From assembly GCA_951406725.2 (NCBI GenBank), contig OX597841.1, forward strand, positions 1,116,001 through 1,180,000: a stretch of 64,000 nucleotides of DNA, read 5' to 3'. Shown here piece by piece: positions 55,388 to 64,000 of the stretch. Origin of the DNA: Octopus vulgaris (lineage: Eukaryota). Numbering within the stretch: position 1 is the first letter of the stretch; each line of letters begins with the position of its first letter. The position numbers and the translations under genes are program-made. The notes beneath the pieces were generated by a model, which made no database searches, was not told the origin of the DNA, and saw nothing but the letters and a program-made list of their open reading frames with translations.

Positions 55388-55859
55388 CCCTTTCGATACC
55401 AACCCAGCTGAAACCGCCTCTGGCTCTGTAGTACAAATGTCTTGTTTACATAAGTTTTGAATTAAAATCTTCCACCAAATTTTAGTCACAATTTATGTTT
55501 CTAACACTAGCTTAATGATAACTAAGTTAGTTTACTAAATTCTTTGTTATATTTAAAATTAATTGAAAGAAACACAGAGCATCTCAACAGAAATATGGTA
55601 ACAAGAGGGTTAAGATATAATAGAGAAACAATTCTTAACCCTTTCGTTACCAACCCGGCTGAAACCACCTCTGGCTCTGAGTACAAATGTCTTGTTTTCA
55701 TAAGTTTTGAATAAAAATCTTCCACCAAACCTTAGTCACAATTTATGTTCCTAACACTAGCTTAATGATAACTAAGTTAGTTTACTAAATTCTTTGTTAT
55801 ATTTAAAATTAATTGAAAGAAACACAAAACATCTCAAAATAAATATGGTAACGAAAGGA
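55388..55859 (+). mobile_element. Two tandem piggyBac-type MITEs (55388-55609, 55639-55859)
   Basis: TIR CCCTTTCG(T/A)TACCA / TGGTAAC(G)AAAGG(G) with TTAA flanks. Partial third copy at 59372-59452 (-). Confidence 0.85.
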
Positions 55860-56447
55860 TTAAACCGCACAGGTTTCAGCTCTAATGGTAATCGCGTTAT
55901 CCAATAAATCTATAGTGTGATGTTATGTGATGCCTAATACTGCCAAGTGGCTGGAGACTTAGGGGATGACCAGGAATGAGAAGTTTGGATAATATCTGTA
56001 GACTAAGTTGGTCATGCATAGGAATCCAGCCAGAAAGTCTAACAAAAGTTGCTTCTGACAGAACTGTATGGAGGAGGTGATTGAGGGTTCAATCCCCACA
56101 ACAAATAGTCAGTGGAGAAACGAATGGATGGAAAGATTCTATTATTTTTGTCACTCATTTGACAGCAGCCATGCTGGGGCACCACCCTGTAGTAGCCCAC
56201 ACTCTTAACCACTATGCCATATGTTGTATTAACAAGAAACAAGATGAAGACAAATATCTGTCAAATGTAGATAATGTAAATAATGTACATGTATATATGT
56301 ATCGGAGCAATCTCAAGATTAATCAGCTGAAATTGCGAGGATGATCCGGTTCTTGACTGAAGATTGAAGGCTTCGAATGTCCCGTCCGTGTTTTTTGTAT
56401 CGTCTTCTAAATGTTTTGCATTCTTGTCCCAATTTGTATTCTTTTAC

Positions 56448-56482
<35 letters not shown>

Positions 56483-57694
56483 AAGGCATGCCGTGGCTGA
56501 TGATGTGCAGACATGCGCTGAGACTGCAACATCTCCGGCACTTCATAGACGATGGTGAATAGGTGTGGTCGCCTTTTGTGCGATGTGCTTTCCCGCAGCT
56601 CGTCTCCTTGGCCGAACTACAATCGTGGATCAAACAGAGACCGAATCTAGGCGAATGGCACTGCGAGTGTAGCGTTGCTCTCAAGCAACTCTGCTGTCCG
56701 GAACCAAATTTGTGCGAATTCATTACAACAAAGGCGTTCTATAGACGATTAGTGGAGGGGAGGTGCGACGACGTTCTCGGGCAGAACCTGGGCGTTGACA
56801 AGAGACACCTGACCTGCCTGTTCAGGACAACTTTCGGACCAGGACCTATGGACAATCACCAAAGATCTCTGGCCTGGCAGTGCTATCGAGAAGCATTACC
56901 TGTTCGGGATAAGCTCTACAGACACAGTTCGAGACACACTGGACCGACTTGCCCGAGATGCGGTCAGAGCGACGAAACCGTTCTGCACGCACTCATGCAG
57001 TGTCCATCCATCGGACCTGTGGGCTTATGCCAAACGGCTGCTGTCACATGTGGGACGAGTCCACCTGTCGGCCAAGTCTATCGTGAAAGTTGCACCACCC
57101 CCTTCCCTCAACCGGGAAGTCAAGGCAGTTTTCATCGTACTGGTGGCTATGGTGAAAGAATGTGTGTGGTGGACTCGAGCAAAAGAATTAGAGACAAACA
57201 CTTACCTCTCTGGCCAATCGCTCATCAATTTCTTCAAGTTCAACTTGAAAAGGAAGGTGAGAATGGAGAGGCAGGTTTTGTCTCGTAAAAGTTTCAAAAA
57301 ATGGTGGATGAATGTAGAAAAGATGGTGCATGTGAGTGACGAAATCACTTTGAGCATGATAAATCGTAAAAGAGAGAGAGAGAGAGCACTTTGCCCCCTT
57401 TTTTTTTTTTTTTTTCCTCCCTGCCTGAGGTTACCGTGGTCTTTTCTGTAGGCTTTTCTTTCCACGGATGAACTTAATCTTGTTTGTTACTTTGAAAAAA
57501 AAAAAATATTTTTTTTTTTTACTGTGATAGATGATCCTTTTTGATGGCTTTTTTTTTTCTACTGATCCCTTTTGATCGAAATTTTACATTTGTTTCCTTT
57601 TTTTCTTCTTTTTCCTTTTCCCCCTCCGAAAAGAAAAGCTCTATATTTGTAATTGTCCCCTCTGTGTCCAGCCCTGTGTGGCTAATAAAGAAAG
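56483..57694 (+). mobile_element. Tx1/L1-clade LINE 3' portion, decayed
   Basis: LAWQCYREALPVRDKLYRH..CPRCGQSDETVLHALMQCP (zf-RVT-like CCHC motif), frameshift, T-rich 3'UTR, AATAAA-GAAAG end. Confidence 0.8.
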
Positions 57695-57695
57695 T

Positions 57696-57781
57696 TATCT
57701 ATCCATCCATCTATCTATCCATCCATCCATCCATCCATCCATCCATCCATCTATATGTTTGTCTGTCTGTCTATCTATCAC

Positions 57782-57828
<47 letters not shown>

Positions 57829-57981
57829 GTTTGTCTGTCTGTCTGTCTGTCTATCTGTCTATCTATCTATATGTTTGTCTGTCTGTCTATCTATCTATCT
57901 ATCCATCCATCCATCTATCTATATGTCTGTCTGTCTGACTGTCTATCTATCCATCCATCCATCTATCTATATGTCTGTCTG

Positions 57982-58027
<46 letters not shown>

Positions 58028-58055
58028 CATCTATCTATATGTTTGTCTGTCTGTA

Positions 58056-58104
<49 letters not shown>

Positions 58105-58487
58105 GTCTGTCTATCTATCTATCTATCTAGATCCATCCCTCCATCTATCCATCCATCCTTCTCTCTATCCATCTTCTATCCATCTATCTCTCTCCATCTG
58201 CATTCAGACTTGTATGATATTGATTAATGGTTTCGCTGCCACTGTTGTTGTTCAACTAGGCCATTTCAACATACAGTGCCATTAAATCGATCACCTGCTC
58301 CTACTCCTCCTGCTCCTCCCGCTCTCTCACTCTCCCCCCTCTCTCTCTATCTCTATCCCTTTCAGACAACTATTTTCTTTATCTCTCTATCACATTCAAT
58401 GTCCTTCTAACCCTTCCCCTCCTCTCTCTCTCTCTCGCTCTCTCGACTCTTTCTAATATCCTCTGTCTCTTTTCATGTCACCATTAT

Positions 58488-58519
<32 letters not shown>

Positions 58520-59292
58520 ATTCTCTCTCTCTCTCTCATTCTCTCTCTCTCTCTCTCAATCCCCTTTCTTAGTTTCTCTCTCGTCTTTCTTTCAATCTAT
58601 CTCTCTCTGCCTCTCTTTCTCTTTATCTCTAAGTTTCTGTTGCATTCAGTTTCTCTCTCTTTCTCACTCTCTCCCCACCTCTCTCTCTCTCATTATATAT
58701 CTCTCTCTCCCCATCAGTCTATCTGACTGTCTGTCTGTCTGCCTGCCTGTCTATCTATCTATCTATCTATCTGTTCATCTGTCAATTTATCTATCTATCT
58801 ATCTATCTATGTATCTTTCAGTGTCTATCTGTCTGTCAGTTCATCTATCTCTCTCTCTCTCTCTCTCTCTCAGTCTCTTCATCTATCTATCTATCTATCT
58901 ATCCATCTATCTGTCTGTCTGTCCATCCATCCATCCGTCCGTCTGTCTGTCTGCCTGTCTGTCTGTCTTTCTGCCTGTTTTTCTGTCCATCCATACATCT
59001 AGCTATCTGTCTGTCTGTTTGGCTGTCTGTTTCTCTGTCAGTCCATCTATCCATCTATCCAGCCATCCATCCATCAATCCATCCATCCATGCATCCATCT
59101 ATCTGTCTGTCTGTTTTTCTCTCTGTTTTTCTGTCCATCCATCCATCCATCCATACATCTAGATATCTATCTGTCTGTCTGGCTGTCTGTTTTTCTGTCA
59201 GTCCATCCATCCATCCATCCATCCATCCATGCATCCATCTAGCTATCTGTCTGTCTGTCTGTCTGTTTTTCTCTCTGTCTTTCTGTCCATCC
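57696..59292. repeat. (ATCT/ATCC/GTCT)n and (CT)n compound microsatellite block
   Basis: Direct reading. Confidence 0.9.
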
Positions 59293-59865
59293 AGTGTTGT
59301 GTAACTGGCACATAAAAAGCACCCTTCAAATGTGGGGCAGTATGATGCAATATGATTTTAATTCAAAGATTTTAATTCAAAACTTATGAAAACAAGACAT
59401 TTGTACTACAGAACCAGAGCCAGTTTCAGCTGGGTTCGTATCAAAAGGGTTACATAGCAGGAAAGGCTTGCATGAAAGTATGGGCCAAACGAGCAAAAAT
59501 ATGAAAAATAAACCCTTTTTATCTTACAGAAAATTTTTATTTACTTATTTTCACTTTAAACATGTACAGAAACTATGAAAATAATATTTTAATTCCCTTG
59601 GGATTATAAAAATAAAGATAAAAGGGCAATGATAGAAATGTTAAGTTCTTTGCTTTAATATTCAAATTCCACCGAGGTCGACTTTACCTTTCATCCTTTC
59701 AGGGTCGTTAAATTAAGTACCAGTTGCACCCTTCAGATGTGGGGCAATATGATGCAATATGTGACTGGCACCCGTGCCAGTGGCATGTAAAAAGCACCAT
59801 TCAAACATTGGGCCTCATGGAGGTGGTGACAGGTGACTGAGACCTTCAGCAATATACTTTACTTG

Positions 59866-60213
59866 TAAGGTGGCGAGCTGGCAGAAAAGTTAGTATGCCG
59901 TGCAAAATGCTTAGCAGTATTACATCTGTCTTTACGCTCTGAGTTCAAATTCTGCCGAGGTCAATTTTGCTTTTCATCCTTTTAGGGTCGATAAATTAAG
60001 TACCAGTTGCATACTGGGTCAATCTAATCGACTGGTCCCCTCCCCCAAAATTTCGGGTCTTGTGCCTAGGGTAGAAAAGAATATAAGGTGGTTAGCTGGC
60101 TGAAATGTTAGCATGCTGGGCGAAATACTTAGCAATATTTTGTCTGTCTTTATGTTCTGAGTTTAAATTCTGCCAAGGTCAACTTTGTTTTTTATCCTTT
60201 TAGGGTCGATAAA
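59866..60213 (+). mobile_element. SINE family B, head-to-tail pair (second copy truncated)
   Basis: AAGGTGGCGAGCTGGCAG heads at ~59867 and ~60085. Confidence 0.75.
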
Positions 60214-61405
60214 CAGACTGGAGCCTGGTGCAGCCTTCTGGCTTCCCAGATCCCCGGTCGAACCGTCCAACCACTGCCAGATCAGACTGGAGCCTGGTGC
60301 AGCCTTCTGGCTTCCCAGATCCCCGGTCAAACCATCCAACCACTGCCAGATCAGACTGGAGCCTGGTGCAGCCTTCTGGCTTCTCAGATCCCCGGTCGAA
60401 CCGTCCAACCACTGCCAGATCAGACTGGAGCCTGGTGCAGCCTTCTGGCTTCCCAGATCCCCGGTCGAACCGTCCAACCACTGCCAGATCAGACTGGAGC
60501 CTGGTGCAGCCTTCTGGCTTCCCAGATCCCCGGTCGAACCGTCCAACCACTGCCAGATCAGACTGGAGCCTGGTGCAGCCTTCTGGCTTCCCAGATCCCC
60601 GGTCGAACCGTCCAACCACTGCCAGATCAGACTGGAGCCTGGTGCAGCCTTCTGGCTTCCCAGATCCCCGGTCGAACCGTCCAACCACTGCCAGATCAGA
60701 CTGGAGCCTGGTGCAGCCTTCTGGCTTCCCAGATCCCCGGTCGAACCGTCCAACCACTGCCAGATCAGACTGGAGCCTGGTGCAGCCTTCTGGCTTCCCA
60801 GATCCCCGGTCGAACCGTCCAACCACTGCCAGATCAGACTGGAGCCTGGTGAAGATCCCTGGTCGAAGCGTCCAACCACTGCCAGATCAGACTGGAGCCT
60901 AGTGCAGACTTCTGGCTTCCCAGATCCCCGGTCAAACCGTCCAACCACTGCCAGATCAGACTGGAGCCTGGTGCAGCCTTCTGGCTTCCCAGATCCCTGG
61001 TCGAACCGTCCAACCACTGCCAGATCAGACTGGAGCCTAGTGCAGCCTTCTGGCTTCCCAGATCCCCGGTCAAACCGTCCAACCACTGCCAGATCAGACT
61101 GGAGCCTGGTGCAGCCTTCTGGCTTCCCAGATCCCCGGTCTAACCGTCCAACCACTGCCAGATCAGACTGGAGCCTGGTGCAGCTTTCTGGCTTCCCAGA
61201 TCCCCGGTCAAACCGTCCAACCACTGCCAGATCAGACTGGAGCCTGGTGCAGCCTTCTGGCTTCCCAGATCCCCGGTCAAACCGTCCAACCACTGCCAGA
61301 TCAGACTGGAGCCTGGTGCAGCCTTCTGGCTTCCCAGATCCTCGGTCAAACCGTCCAAGCCATGCTAGCATAAGCGGATATTAAATGATAATGATAATGA
61401 TGATA
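60214..61405 (+). repeat. 69-bp tandem array (17 units) derived from the family E 3' end
   Basis: Unit starts at 60214 + 69n. Unit 10 (60835) is 53 bp. The last unit runs into the native CATGCTAGCAT..(GAT)n tail. Confidence 0.95.
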
Positions 61406-61809
61406 CATGATAACGATACATTCACTGCAGTTTTTTCATTATACGGTTAACATTAATGAGTTTCTGAATGAAATACATATCAGCTTTTCTTTTTCTTTTT
61501 ATGTACGTATATGATGTACATTTCATGTATTAAACATAAATCTCACATATTGCTAATATTTTATTCGCGTAAAGGTTTATTAAAAGCATCAATGATGTAG
61601 AAAGAAATTCAAATTTCTGAGTAAAAAATATTATAAAATCTGCTAAAGTGGAATGATCCATGGCCAGCGGATCAATATAAATGCATTAAAATAAACACAA
61701 ATGTACTTTACATCATTTCTCTGAGCATGGATCTATTGTTTCTCACAAAAATACATATACAAAATTATATATATATATATGTATGTATATATGTATATAT
61801 ATGTATATA

Positions 61810-61852
<43 letters not shown>

Positions 61853-62008
61853 ATGCATGTATGTATGTATGTGGCCTGCTCGCTTAGCCAGCGGGGTGGC
61901 GTCATTTGAAGGCTAAAACAATGCGAAGCGCATTGTGACCAGCGATGTGTAGTAACATCTGATAGCCAGGTTGGTCACAGTGATCATGGTGATGTATGTA
62001 TATATATG

Positions 62009-62043
<35 letters not shown>

Positions 62044-62155
62044 TATGTATATATATATGTATATATGTATATGTATATCTATATATATATATGTATATAT
62101 ATGTATATATATATGTATATATATATGTGTATATATATATATGTATATATATGTG

Positions 62156-62220
<65 letters not shown>

Positions 62221-62498
62221 TTTTATTCGTTTCTGTTATTTGACTGTGTCCATGCTGGAGCGCCACCTTAAAGGTAACCCCAGGATTTATTCTTTGTAAG
62301 CCTAGTACTTATTCTATTGGTCTCTTTTGCCGAACTGCTAAGTTATAGGGGCCGTAAACACACCAATACCAGTTGTCAAGTGATGAGGTGGGGTGGGTGG
62401 GCAGTGGGACAAACACAGATACAGAGACACACACACACGTAAATATATACATACATATATACATATACACACACACATATATATGTGTGTGTGTGTAA

Positions 62499-62538
<40 letters not shown>

Positions 62539-63297
62539 GAAATATGTTGTAAAAAGAAAATATAAAATACAAAATAAAATATAAAATACATGTGGAAATG
62601 TCAGGGTAAAATATGAAAAATCAACGAAAATGCACATTGTAAATAAAAAAAGGCTTTTTATGACAGGTAACGACAAATATATACATTTAGATTGACTGAG
62701 GTAGTAATAAGAGTCATAAAAGTCGTTATTATGAGATGATTATAAGATGATAATAATAAAGTAAGAGAACAAAGCGAACCATGGTTTCGGCAAAAGCTAT
62801 ACATAGCTTTATTTTTTTTTTTTTGTTTTTTATAAGGCTGAGAACTCATAAAATAGTTTTCATGATATATAAATGACTGAGATTAAAACATTGGCCCCTG
62901 GATGGGTCGCTGACCCTTCACAATGTTACCTTCCCAGTTGTTGTTGCAAATTATTTACAACTGAGTGGACTGGAGCCAACATTGATTGAAGTGTTTCCCT
63001 TGAGAACACAATGCACCACCCAGTCTGGAACCTGAACCTGTGATCTTATGATCCTGAGTGCTACACTCCAAGCACTAAGTTATGTATCATCATTAGAGTG
63101 ACTTGTTCAACATTATTATTATTATTATTATTTTTTTTTATATACAATCACAGAAACTACACCAATATTCAATATATTACAGTGTTGGACTCTTTCAAGT
63201 CCAGCCAAAAATTCAAGTAAACTCAAATATTTTTTTCTGTTCAACTGTGAGAATCAAACAGGCTGGAGTTTCTTGACAACGCTTGCACATGTTGCAT

Positions 63298-63565
63298 TGG
63301 CCCCCGTGCCGGTGACACGTAAAAGCACCATCCGTTTGTGGCCATTTGCCAGCTCTGTCTGGCACCTGTGCGGGTGGCACGTAAAAAGCACCCACTACAC
63401 TCACGGGGTGGTTGGCGTTAGGAAGGGCATCCAGCCGTAGAAACACTGCCAGATCTGACTGGGCCTGATGAAGCCTTCCAGCTTCACAGACCCCAGTTGA
63501 ACCGTCCAACCCATGCTAGCATGGAAAACGGACGCTAAATGATGATGATGATGATGATGATGATG
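63298..63565 (+). mobile_element. Family E element
   Basis: Same diagnostic blocks and (GAT)n tail. Confidence 0.75.
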
Positions 63566-63640
63566 AAATGGCTCATTCATACGGTATTGTTTCTTTTTTC
63601 TCTCCATTTCTTGGTGTAAATATGCCTGAATTGTTTGTCA

Positions 63641-64000
63641 TTTGATAAACAGGGTGGTTATTACTTCACACTATTTGTTGTTTGATAAACAAGGTGGTAA
63701 TTACTTCAACCTATTTGTTGTTTAATAAACAAGGTGGTTATTACTTCACACTATTTGTTGTTTAATAAACAAGGTGGTTATTACTTCACACTATTTGTTG
63801 TTTGATAAACAAGGTGGTTATTACTTCACACTATTTGTTGTTTGATAAACAAGGTGGTTATTACTTCACGCTATTTGTTGTTTAATAAACAAGGTGGTTA
63901 TTACTTCACACTATTTGTTGTTTGATAAACAAGGTGGTTATTACTTCACACTATTTGTTGTTTGATAAACAAGGTGGTTATTACTTCACACTATTTGTTG
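63641..64000. repeat. 40-bp minisatellite, at least 9 units, runs off the window
   Basis: TTTGATAAACAAGGTGGTTATTACTTCACACTATTTGTTG repeated with few variants. Confidence 0.95.

Noticed and set aside
56350-56390. HHR-like CTGAAGA..GAAGGCTTCGAATGTC
   Set aside because: The GAAA core is altered and there is only one copy in the window.
60163-61384. 402-aa and 399-aa repeat proteins as real genes
   Set aside because: Fully explained by a SINE-derived 69-bp array that is open on both strands.
60214-64000. CRISPR interpretation of the 69-bp and 40-bp arrays
   Set aside because: No unique spacers, no cas genes, eukaryotic context.

Overview
Eukaryotic, AT-rich, extremely repeat-dense intergenic/intronic DNA. 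The SINE/LINE repertoire and microsatellite load look like an octopod cephalopod (Octopus-like) genome; this is inferred from family resemblance, not from a search. I can support no intact host protein-coding gene. Almost all long ORFs in the track are microsatellite artefacts or decayed LINE ORF2 3' ends (RTE, CR1, Tx1/L1). The window contains at least five SINE-like families (my labels A-F), two non-autonomous Helitrons, piggyBac-type and Merlin-like MITEs, Penelope-like terminal fragments carrying minimal hammerhead-ribozyme (HHR) motifs, and a 69-bp and a 40-bp tandem array. The signals most worth following up are: (1) a tRNA-headed element fused to a hammerhead ribozyme, plus several other HHR families; (2) repeated local inverted (snap-back) duplications anchored in (TA)n tracts; (3) a tight cluster of three identical ATGACGTAAT bZIP/CRE-like sites; (4) a 39-codon signal-peptide-like ORF in unique sequence; (5) a SINE-derived 69-bp satellite.
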